A stretch of DNA of 64,000 nt from Candidatus Krumholzibacteriia bacterium. Lineage in GTDB: Bacteria; Krumholzibacteriota; Krumholzibacteriia; JAJRXK01. The notes below the pieces were generated by a model, which did no database searches, was not told where the DNA came from, and saw only the letters and a program-made list of their open reading frames with translations. The first letter of the stretch is position 1. Every line of letters starts with the position of its first letter. The stretch is from positions 448,001 to 512,000 of the forward strand of contig JBGPIA010000002.1 of assembly GCA_041484665.1 (NCBI GenBank), written 5' to 3'. Positions 38,776-46,493 of this stretch are shown one piece after another. The translations under genes and the position numbers were made by a program.

Positions 38776-40002
38776 ATGTCCGCCAAGACCCAAGCCGCCC
38801 GCGCCAAGAGCGAGGACGTCGATCTGTTCCAGAAGTGCTACCAGTTCACCCGCGCGGCCCAGGCTCGGGCGGTAGGGCTGTACCCGTACTTCATCCCGAT
38901 CTCCGGGAGCGAGGGCACCGAGGTCCGGATCGACGGCAAGCGTCTGATCATGATCGGCTCCAACAACTACATGGGGCTGACCCACGACCCGCGCGTGCTG
39001 GAGGCGGCCGAGCGCGCCGCCCGGCGCTACGGCACCGGGTGCACCGGCAGCCGCTTCCTCAACGGCACCCTCGACCTGCACGAGAAGCTGGAGGCGGCGC
39101 TCGCCCGCTTCGTGAAGCGTGAGGCGGCGCTGGTGTTCAGCACCGGCTACCAGGCGAACCTGGGAACGATCTCGTGCCTGGTGGGCAAGGAGGAGCACGT
39201 CCTGCTCGACAAGCTGGACCATGCCAGCATCGTCGACGGGGCGCGCATGTCGGGTGGGAAGGTCGTCCGCTACCGCCACAACGACATGGACGACCTGACG
39301 GCGCAGCTGCTGAAGATCGGCGCCGACCATCCGGTGCTGATCGCCGTCGACGGCATGTTCTCCATGGAGGGAGACATGTGCCGGCTGCCCGAGCTGGTCA
39401 AGGCAGCCAAGCCGTTCCGCGCGCGCATCATGGTCGACGAGGCCCACTCCCTGGGCGTCTGCGGTCTGACCGGCGCCGGAGTGGTGGAGCACTTCGAGCG
39501 GATCGGCCAGGTGGACCTGGTGATGGGCACCTTCTCCAAGTCGTTCGCCTCGATCGGCGGGTTCATCGCCGGCGAGGCGCCTGTCATCGATTTCATCAAG
39601 CACCACGCCCGCAGCATGATGTTCTCGGCGTCGATGCCGCCGTACGCCGTGGCTACGGTGGGCAAGTGCCTGGAGATCATCCAGAACGAGCCGGAGCGCC
39701 GCGAGCGGCTGTGGGCGATCGCACGGCGCATGAAGCGGGAGCTCGCCGCGCTGGGCTTCAACACGGGCCACAGCGAGACGCCCGTGATCCCGATCATCAT
39801 CGGCGACTCGCACCTCACCTTCCGCGTCTGGCGCGAGCTGTTCGACGCCGGGGTGTTCACCAACCCGGTGATCGCGCCGGCGGTCCCGGAGCGCGGGGCG
39901 CTGCTGCGCACCTCGTACATGGCGACCCACACCGACGACCAGCTGGACGAGGTGCTCTCGATCTTTGAGGTCGTGGGCAAGCGCATGGGCCTGATCGGAT
40001 GA
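38776..40002 (+). CDS. spt: Serine palmitoyltransferase (PLP-dependent alpha-oxoamine synthase)
   Basis: GLYPYF..I...GTEVRIDGK...GSNNYMGLT, GTGCTGSRFLNGTLDLH, DHASI, DEAH, GTFSKS. Pattern resembles Bacteroides-type Spt and the gene context supports it. Confidence 0.8.
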   Translation: MSAKTQAARAKSEDVDLFQKCYQFTRAAQARAVGLYPYFIPISGSEGTEVRIDGKRLIMIGSNNYMGLTHDPRVLEAAERAARRYGTGCTGSRFLNGTLDLHEKLEAALARFVKREAALVFSTGYQANLGTISCLVGKEEHVLLDKLDHASIVDGARMSGGKVVRYRHNDMDDLTAQLLKIGADHPVLIAVDGMFSMEGDMCRLPELVKAAKPFRARIMVDEAHSLGVCGLTGAGVVEHFERIGQVDLVMGTFSKSFASIGGFIAGEAPVIDFIKHHARSMMFSASMPPYAVATVGKCLEIIQNEPERRERLWAIARRMKRELAALGFNTGHSETPVIPIIIGDSHLTFRVWRELFDAGVFTNPVIAPAVPERGALLRTSYMATHTDDQLDEVLSIFEVVGKRMGLIG

Positions 40003-41117
40003 CGTTGCGGACCGTCCCGGTCCGCGGCCGAGCGGACCTGGAGCGCTTCATCGATCTGCCGTGGAAGGTCTACGCCGGCGACCCGCACTGGGTCCCGCCG
40101 CTGCGGCTGGACGTGCGCAAGCTCCTCACCCCGGGCCAGCACCCGTTCCACGAGCACGCCGTGGTGCAGCCCTTCCTGGCGCTGCGCGACGAGCGCGTGG
40201 TGGGCCGCATCGTCGCGCACGTCAATCACGCCCACAACGAGTTCTACAAGGACGCGCTGGGCTTCTTCGGGCTGTTCGAGTGCCTGGACGACCCGGAGGC
40301 GGCCGCTGCGCTGTTCGACACCGCCTTTGCCTGGCTGCGCGAGCGCGGCCGCGACCGGGCACAGGGCCCCATGGATCTCTCCACCAACGAGGTGTGCGGC
40401 CTGCTGATCGGCGGCGAGCCCGGCCCGCCCACGATCATGATGCCCCACAACCCGCTGCGCTACGCGCAGCTCTACGAGCGCGCCGGGCTCACCAAGGCCA
40501 AGGATCTGGTGGCCCTCTATCAGGACGACCTGCGCCTGCCCGAGCGCATGGTGCGCTACGCCGAGGCGCTCCGGCAGCGGTTCGGCGTGCGCATCCGGCG
40601 CATCGACATGAAGCGCTTCAACGCCGAGATCGAGCTCATCCTGAGCCTCTACAACCGCAGCTGGGAGCGCAACTGGGGCTTCGTACCCATGACCGCTGCC
40701 GAGGTCCGCCACATGGCCAGCGAGCTCAAGTACGCCGTGAACCCGGCGGTCGTGCTGTTCCTGGAGCGGATCGCTGACGGGGAGCCGGTCGGCTTTGGCC
40801 TCGCCCTGCCCGACATGAACCAGGCCGTCCGGCACGCCAACGGCCGCCTGCTCCCCTTTGGGCTGCTCAAGATTCTGTGGCACAAGCGGCACATCGACTG
40901 CGCGCGCGTGCTGGCGCTGGCCATCGTGCCCGAGTGGCGCGGCAAGGGGCTCGATTCGCTCTTGACCCTCGAGCTCTACCGCAACGGCGCCGCGAGCGGC
41001 TACCGTCGCGGCGAGTACTCGTGGATCCTGGAGGACAACCACACTATGCGCACACCGTTGGAGCGGGCGGGAGCGCGCGTCTACCGCACCTACCGGATCT
41101 ACGAGAAGCTCTTGTGA
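39999..41117 (+). CDS. cerS: Bacterial ceramide synthase-like GNAT protein
   Basis: FIDLPWKVYAGDPHWVPPL, HPFHEH, VVGRIVA, GFFGLFEC, MPHNP..Y, NWGFVP, LPDMNQ, SWILEDN, YRIYEK. ATGA overlap with spt. Confidence 0.75.
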   Translation: MTLRTVPVRGRADLERFIDLPWKVYAGDPHWVPPLRLDVRKLLTPGQHPFHEHAVVQPFLALRDERVVGRIVAHVNHAHNEFYKDALGFFGLFECLDDPEAAAALFDTAFAWLRERGRDRAQGPMDLSTNEVCGLLIGGEPGPPTIMMPHNPLRYAQLYERAGLTKAKDLVALYQDDLRLPERMVRYAEALRQRFGVRIRRIDMKRFNAEIELILSLYNRSWERNWGFVPMTAAEVRHMASELKYAVNPAVVLFLERIADGEPVGFGLALPDMNQAVRHANGRLLPFGLLKILWHKRHIDCARVLALAIVPEWRGKGLDSLLTLELYRNGAASGYRRGEYSWILEDNHTMRTPLERAGARVYRTYRIYEKLL

Positions 41118-41229
41118 CTCTCCCCGCGCTCCCCGCCGCGAGACGGCCGCGAGCCGGACGACCACGGCCCGCCCACCCGTGGAGTGGCCGGCTGCAGCTG
41201 AGCGGGCCGCCGCAGCCGCGGCCGTTCCC

Positions 41230-42213
41230 ATGCTGAGCCTGGTCACCGGCGGCAGCGGCTTTGTCGGCAGCCACCTGGCCGAGCGCTTGAGCCAGGGCGG
41301 CGCGCGCGTGCGCTTCCTGATGCGCGGCAGCAGCGACGTGCGGCTGTTGCAGCGGCTGCCCGGCGCCGAGCTCTTCCCCCTCGATCTGCTCCAGGCCGCC
41401 CCCGACCACTTGGCCCAGGCGCTGGAGGGTGTGTCGGTGGTCTACCACCTCGCGGCCCTGGTGCGCGCGCGCAACGCGCAGGAGTACCGCCGCGCCAACG
41501 TCGAGGCGACGATCGCGCTGTATCGCGCGTTCGGCCAGGCGGCCGGGGGCGGTGGACGCTTCGTCTTCTGCTCGAGCCTCGCGGCCGCCGGGCCCGCCCG
41601 CGACGGCGCGCCGGTGACCGAGTGCAGTGAGCCCCGGCCGATCAGCGCCTACGGGCGCAGCAAGCTGGAGGCCGAGCAGCTGTTGGCTGCCAGTGCCGGT
41701 CCGCCCGTCACCTGCCTGCGCCCGCCCGCCGTCTACGGGCCGCGCGATCGGGCGATCCTGCCGCTGTTCAAGCTCGCCGCCGCCGGCTGGCGGGTGTGCC
41801 TGGGCTCGCCGCAGCGACGCTTCAGCTTGATCCACGCCGGCGACCTGGCCGCGGCGCTGGAGCAGTCCGCCGCGGCGCCGGCCGGCGTGGGCACGTTCTG
41901 CGTGGAGGACGGTGCGCCGCATGCCTGGGGGGAAATCGTCGACCTCATGGCGCGCGGCTGCGGACGCCGCGGCGTGCGCGTGGTGATTCCCGACGCCGCC
42001 GTGCACGCCGCCGCGGCGGCGGCGGAGGCGGTCGCACGGCTCACCGGCCGGCCCGCCCTGCTCACGCGCGAGAAGGCCCGCGACCTCACCACGCCCGACT
42101 GGATCTGCAGCAGCGCGGCTGCGCGCGAGCGCTTCGGCTTCGCGCCACGCTGGGACATCGCCGACGGCCTGCGCGAGACGTGCGCGTGGTACCGCGCCAG
42201 CGGCTGGCTGTGA
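41230..42213 (+). CDS. Extended SDR / NAD(P)-dependent epimerase-reductase (candidate 3-keto-ceramide or sphinganine reductase)
   Basis: VTGGSGFVG, YHLAA, SSLAA, YGRSK (YxxxK), RPPAVYGP. Confidence 0.85.
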   Translation: MLSLVTGGSGFVGSHLAERLSQGGARVRFLMRGSSDVRLLQRLPGAELFPLDLLQAAPDHLAQALEGVSVVYHLAALVRARNAQEYRRANVEATIALYRAFGQAAGGGGRFVFCSSLAAAGPARDGAPVTECSEPRPISAYGRSKLEAEQLLAASAGPPVTCLRPPAVYGPRDRAILPLFKLAAAGWRVCLGSPQRRFSLIHAGDLAAALEQSAAAPAGVGTFCVEDGAPHAWGEIVDLMARGCGRRGVRVVIPDAAVHAAAAAAEAVARLTGRPALLTREKARDLTTPDWICSSAAARERFGFAPRWDIADGLRETCAWYRASGWL

Positions 42214-43151
42214 CGCCGCGCGGAACCCGTCCGGTCGAGACGGTGCTGGCGACCTATCTGCTGGCTACGGCCGCGTTGCTGCTGGCGCGCCACAACGTCC
42301 CGCACTGGGCGTTGCTGCTCGGGCTCCACGTGGCCGTCGCCGCGGGGCTCTTGCGCCTGGCGCGCATCGCGCTGCCGATCGCGCTGGAGCCCGTTCGCCG
42401 CCTGCTGCCGCTCGCCGCCGGCCCGCTGTTCTACAAAGAGGTCGCCGTCCTCAACGATTTGATCTTCCCTCAGCGCTACTTCGACGCGTCCGTGATGCGC
42501 TGGGAGATCGCCCTGTTCGGCACGCAGCTGGCGCAGCACCTGCGCGACATCCTGCCGCGCGGCCTGCTTTCGGAGTACCTGCACCTGGCCTACTTCTCGT
42601 ACTACGCGATTCCGGTGATCTTGTGGATCTGCCTGGCGGCCCGCCGTCGCTTCGACGCCCTCGACGAGTACCTTACCGTGCTGGGTTTCACGTTCGTGAC
42701 GTGTCTGGCGTGGTTCATTGCGTTTCCAGTGGCCGGCCCCTACTACACCCTGACACCCCCGCAGCCCGGGGCGATGGGCCACGTCTTCCCCCAGCTGGTG
42801 CACGCCATGGTGCGCGCCGGGTCCTCCCAGGGCACCGCCTTCCCCAGCAGCCACGTTGCGGTGTCCGGCTGTGTGTTGGTGATGGCGGCGCGCTGGGACG
42901 GGCGAGCGTTCGCCGTGCTGTGCGCGCTGATGCCCGCGCTCGCGGTGGGCGCGGTCTACGGCGGGTTCCATTACGGGATCGACGCGCTGGCGGGCGCGCT
43001 GTGGTGCGCGCTGTGCGTGGCCGTGGGGCTGCACGTGCACCGCGCGCTGCGCGCCGACCGGCTGGACGCCCCGCCGGACGCGCCGCGCGTCAGCTCGCGG
43101 CCGGCGGAGCCGGCACCGCTGCGACGACGCCGCGGGGCAGGCCCCAGCTGA
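42210..43151 (+). CDS. PAP2-superfamily membrane protein, Aur1/IPC-synthase-like
   Basis: GTG overlaps the upstream TGA. Multiple TMs. AYFSYY, FPVAGPYY, AFPSSHV, HYGID. Confidence 0.8.
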   Translation: MTPRGTRPVETVLATYLLATAALLLARHNVPHWALLLGLHVAVAAGLLRLARIALPIALEPVRRLLPLAAGPLFYKEVAVLNDLIFPQRYFDASVMRWEIALFGTQLAQHLRDILPRGLLSEYLHLAYFSYYAIPVILWICLAARRRFDALDEYLTVLGFTFVTCLAWFIAFPVAGPYYTLTPPQPGAMGHVFPQLVHAMVRAGSSQGTAFPSSHVAVSGCVLVMAARWDGRAFAVLCALMPALAVGAVYGGFHYGIDALAGALWCALCVAVGLHVHRALRADRLDAPPDAPRVSSRPAEPAPLRRRRGAGPS

Positions 43152-44310
43152 GGACAACCCAGGCCAGCGCGCCGCACAACAGCGCGGTGGACAGCGCACC
43201 CAAGTGCGTCATCAGCGCCCCACCCATCGTTCCTCCAAGGAACGACCCCGAGAACTCGAACACGTGGAACAAACCCGCGGCGGTGCCCCGAGCGCGCACG
43301 GGCACGAGGTGACTCACCAGTGCGGGCATGGAGGGCTGTGCGACAGCGACGGCAGCCACGGCGAACGCCAGCGCCGCCACCAACGCGGCCAGGCTGGTCG
43401 CGCTGCGCGCCAGGCACAACTGGCACGCAGCCAGCGCCACGCCCCCCAGCAGCACTGCCTCGCGCAACCGCCCGCGCCGCTCGGCAGCCCGGCCGGAAAC
43501 GACGACCAGCACCAGCCCCAGCACGACGATGGGAGCGTACACGCGTCCGTGCTGGCTGAGGGGCAGATGGCGCGCCATGAGCTGCGGCACGATCACGAAC
43601 AGCGACGTGAGCGCCACGTGCAGGATGAAGATCCCGAGATTCAAGCGCATGAGCGCGCCCTGCCACAGCAGACCCTTCAAGTCCTGGGAGCGCCACTCCT
43701 CGCCTGGCTCCGCCTCCCGCGCGTCGCTCGCCCGGGGAACGGCCACGATCACCCCGACGGCTCCCACGAGCGAGAGCGCTGCGGTCACCTGGAACAACAC
43801 GGGGACGCCCACGGCGGAGGCGGCCGTGGGGCCCAACACCAGCCCGCACGCCCAGGAGGCTCCGACTGCGAAGGCGAGCGCCGACATGGCCTGGGCGCGC
43901 ACCTGCGGGCGCGTGAGGTCACAGAGCAGCGCCACGATCGTTGCGGCGATGGCGCCGGCGCCCTGCGTCGCCCGCGCGAGCACCATGCCCCAGGCGGTGG
44001 TGGCGCGCGCGCCGAGGAAGCTGCCCACCGCAAACACGATCAGGCCCCCCACCAGGACGCGCCGGCGCCCGAAGCGGTCGCTCCACGCGCCGAATGGGAC
44101 TTGGAACACCGCTTGGCTCAGCCCGTAGGCGCCCATGCTCAAGCCGATCAGCAGCGGTGTGGCCCCGCGCAACGTCGGCACGTACAGGCTCATCGCGGGC
44201 AGCAGCAGGAACATCCCGAGCATGCGCAGAGCGTAGAGGGAAGCCAGGCCCAGCACGGCCGCGCGCTCGCCGGATGTGAAGTGGAAATCGTGCGCAAAGC
44301 GCTGGCTCAT
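43090..44310 (-). CDS. MFS transporter (YajR-like)
   Basis: ERAAVLGLASLYALRMLGMFLLLP, AYGLSQAVFQVPFGAWSDRFGRR, QGAGAI. Start at 44310. Confidence 0.9.
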   Translation of the reverse strand: MSQRFAHDFHFTSGERAAVLGLASLYALRMLGMFLLLPAMSLYVPTLRGATPLLIGLSMGAYGLSQAVFQVPFGAWSDRFGRRRVLVGGLIVFAVGSFLGARATTAWGMVLARATQGAGAIAATIVALLCDLTRPQVRAQAMSALAFAVGASWACGLVLGPTAASAVGVPVLFQVTAALSLVGAVGVIVAVPRASDAREAEPGEEWRSQDLKGLLWQGALMRLNLGIFILHVALTSLFVIVPQLMARHLPLSQHGRVYAPIVVLGLVLVVVSGRAAERRGRLREAVLLGGVALAACQLCLARSATSLAALVAALAFAVAAVAVAQPSMPALVSHLVPVRARGTAAGLFHVFEFSGSFLGGTMGGALMTHLGALSTALLCGALAWVVLSWGLPRGVVAAVPAPPAAS

Positions 44311-44435
44311 GGGCTCCACCGCGGGCCGGCCCCGCCGGGGCCCGGCCCGTCCCACTTGCGGAGCAGCCGGGCGCGGCGCGGCGGGAACATGGAGTCGAAG
44401 ACCCCTCTGCTGCGAGCGCGCCGCCCTGGCGGTGG

Positions 44436-45425
44436 CTACGCGCTCTTGGCTTCCTGGATCGCCGCGATCAGCGCTGGGACGATCTCGTGGACGTCGCCCA
44501 CGATGCCGTAGGTGGCCTCCTGGAAGATCGCGGCGTTGGCATCCTTGTTGATCGCCACGATGCACTGCGCGCCGCGCATCCCGACCAGGTGCTGGATCGC
44601 CCCAGAGATCCCCAGCGCGATGTAGAGCTTGGGGGCCACGACCTGCCCGGAGGAGCCGATCTGACGCTCGTGCTCGACCCACTCGGCATCGCACGGCGGC
44701 CGGCTGGCGCCCACGGCCGCGCTGCTGCCCAGCGCGCTGGCCAGATCGAAGACGATCTTGAACTTCTCCTTGCCCCCCACGCCGCGCCCACCGGCCACGA
44801 TCACCTCGGCCTTGGTGAGATCGACCTCACCCTTCTGTCCGGGCTGTACGCTCACCACCGTACGCGGGCGCACCCGGGCAAGGTCCACCGTCTCGCTCAC
44901 GACCGTCCCGGCCGCGGCCTGCGGCTTGCGGGCGGGGAACGCGCCCTGCTGCAGGCTCGCGAGCCACGGGCCGTCACCCTCGACAGTGCAGCGCGCGTTC
45001 AGCTTGCCGTTGATCACCTTGCGCGTGAACACCGGCCGGACGCCGTCCACGTCGATGCCGGTGCAGTCGGGGACCAGGGCCGCGTCGAGGGCGGCCGCCA
45101 GGCGCGGGAAGAACTCGATCGCCTGGTAGCTGTGCCCGGTGATCACCAGTGCCGGCGTGTGGCGCTGCACGAGCTGATGCAGTGCGGCGACGTAGCCCTC
45201 GGGCGTATAGGCGGCCAGGGCGCCATCCTCCACCAGCAGGACCTGCGCGCACCCCCAAGTGGCGAGCTCCTGGGCCACCGATTGCGTCCCCGGCCCCAGC
45301 ACGACGCCCACGACCGTCGCCGACATCCGCGGCGCGAGGTCGAGGGCGCAGCAGGCCGCCTCCTTGGAGATGCCCTTCAATGCGCCGTCACGGTGCTCGG
45401 CAATCACAAGAATCGTGCGTGCCAT
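44436..45425 (-). CDS. etfA: Electron transfer flavoprotein alpha subunit
   Basis: [51 protein letters not shown]. Confidence 0.96.
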   Translation of the reverse strand: MARTILVIAEHRDGALKGISKEAACCALDLAPRMSATVVGVVLGPGTQSVAQELATWGCAQVLLVEDGALAAYTPEGYVAALHQLVQRHTPALVITGHSYQAIEFFPRLAAALDAALVPDCTGIDVDGVRPVFTRKVINGKLNARCTVEGDGPWLASLQQGAFPARKPQAAAGTVVSETVDLARVRPRTVVSVQPGQKGEVDLTKAEVIVAGGRGVGGKEKFKIVFDLASALGSSAAVGASRPPCDAEWVEHERQIGSSGQVVAPKLYIALGISGAIQHLVGMRGAQCIVAINKDANAAIFQEATYGIVGDVHEIVPALIAAIQEAKSA

Positions 45426-45483
45426 CAGCTGTGCCTCCGCAGTTCGCGCGTGCCTCCGGATCGGTGCTCCTTGCGGCCAGCGC

Positions 45484-46266
45484 CTACAGAACCTTGGCCT
45501 CGGTCTTGAGCTTCTCCACGAGCGCCCGCGCCACCGTCGCCGCGTCGCCCTCGAGGATCTGGGCCTTGCTGGAGCGCAGCGGGACCGCCAGCTGCTCCAT
45601 GCGCACCTTGGGCGCGAGCTGCGCGTCGCTCAGCCCCAGCTCGGCCGGCGTGACCTTCCTCTGCGGCTTGGCCCCCGCCCCCATGATCCCCTTCAGCGAG
45701 GCGTAGCGGACCTCGTGGATCCCGCTCTGCACACCCAACACCGCGGGCAGCGGCACCTCGAGGGTCTCGAGCAGGTTGTTGTCCAGCTCGTGGACGACGC
45801 GCAGGGAGTTCGCGCTGGCGGGCTCCAGCGAGAGCACGATCTGCACGTGATGCATCCCGAGATGCTCGGCCAGCGCCGGACCCACGGCGTTGTAGCCCAG
45901 GTCGTCCGATTGCTGCCCGGTGAGGACGACGTCGAAACCCTCGCCCTTGACCGCCGCCGCGATCACGCGAGCGATGGTTACGGCGTCGGCTTTGGCGCAT
46001 GCGCCAGTCTGGACGTGGATCGCCCGGTCGGCCCCCATGGCCAGGGCCTCCTTGATGCCCTTGCCGGAGCGCTCGTCGCCCACCGAGAGCACGACCACCT
46101 CGCCGCCGGCCCGCTCCTTGAGGCGCAGGGCGGCCTCCACGCCGTAGCGGTCGCACTCGCTGATCACGAACGTGAGCCCGTCCTCCTGGATCCAGCGACC
46201 GTCCGCGGCGATGCGCAGCCGGGCCTCCTTCTCCGGGACCTGCTTGATGCAGCTGAGGATCTTCAT
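45484..46266 (-). CDS. etfB: Electron transfer flavoprotein beta subunit
   Basis: MKILSCIKQVP, VEAALRLKE, ALAMGADRAIH, GQQSDD, RYASLKGIM. Confidence 0.95.
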   Translation of the reverse strand: MKILSCIKQVPEKEARLRIAADGRWIQEDGLTFVISECDRYGVEAALRLKERAGGEVVVLSVGDERSGKGIKEALAMGADRAIHVQTGACAKADAVTIARVIAAAVKGEGFDVVLTGQQSDDLGYNAVGPALAEHLGMHHVQIVLSLEPASANSLRVVHELDNNLLETLEVPLPAVLGVQSGIHEVRYASLKGIMGAGAKPQRKVTPAELGLSDAQLAPKVRMEQLAVPLRSSKAQILEGDAATVARALVEKLKTEAKVL

Positions 46267-46407
46267 CGCCGTCGCTCCTTGCGGTGGCTCGTGGAGACCT
46301 GGTCGGGCCCAGGTTCCGCTGACTTTGCCCGGTGCGCCGGGATTCGTCCAGCGCAACAGCGACGGCGCTGTCCGGCACCGCGTTAAAGGCCGCATCCGGC
46401 CGCGCCG

Positions 46408-46437
46408 TTGCGCACTGTGCCCCTCCTCCCCTAGGCT
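46408..46437 (+). promoter_or_regulatory. Candidate promoter for aceE
   Basis: TTGCGC-18 bp-TAGGCT, followed by SD AGGAGG before the ATG at 46494. Confidence 0.4.
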
Positions 46438-46493
46438 GTGCGCGCGCCCAGGCCCGCCGCACCGGCGGCCGGCGCGCCCCCAGGAGGACCGGC

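Noticed and set aside
38776..40002. Annotation as bioF or kbl
   Set aside because: No bio or tdh genes nearby. The N-terminal GLYPYF, GSRFLNGT and the coupled cerS-like gene favour Spt, though this is not proven.
41114..41236. Short GTG ORF overlapping the cerS stop (VTLPALPAARR...)
   Set aside because: Low-complexity, out of frame with the reductase, and the reductase already has a complete Rossmann N-terminus at 41230.
43090..43151. 62-bp convergent overlap of the PAP2 and MFS 3' ends as antisense regulation
   Set aside because: Both tails are low-complexity. Such overlaps are expected where stop codons are rare at high GC.
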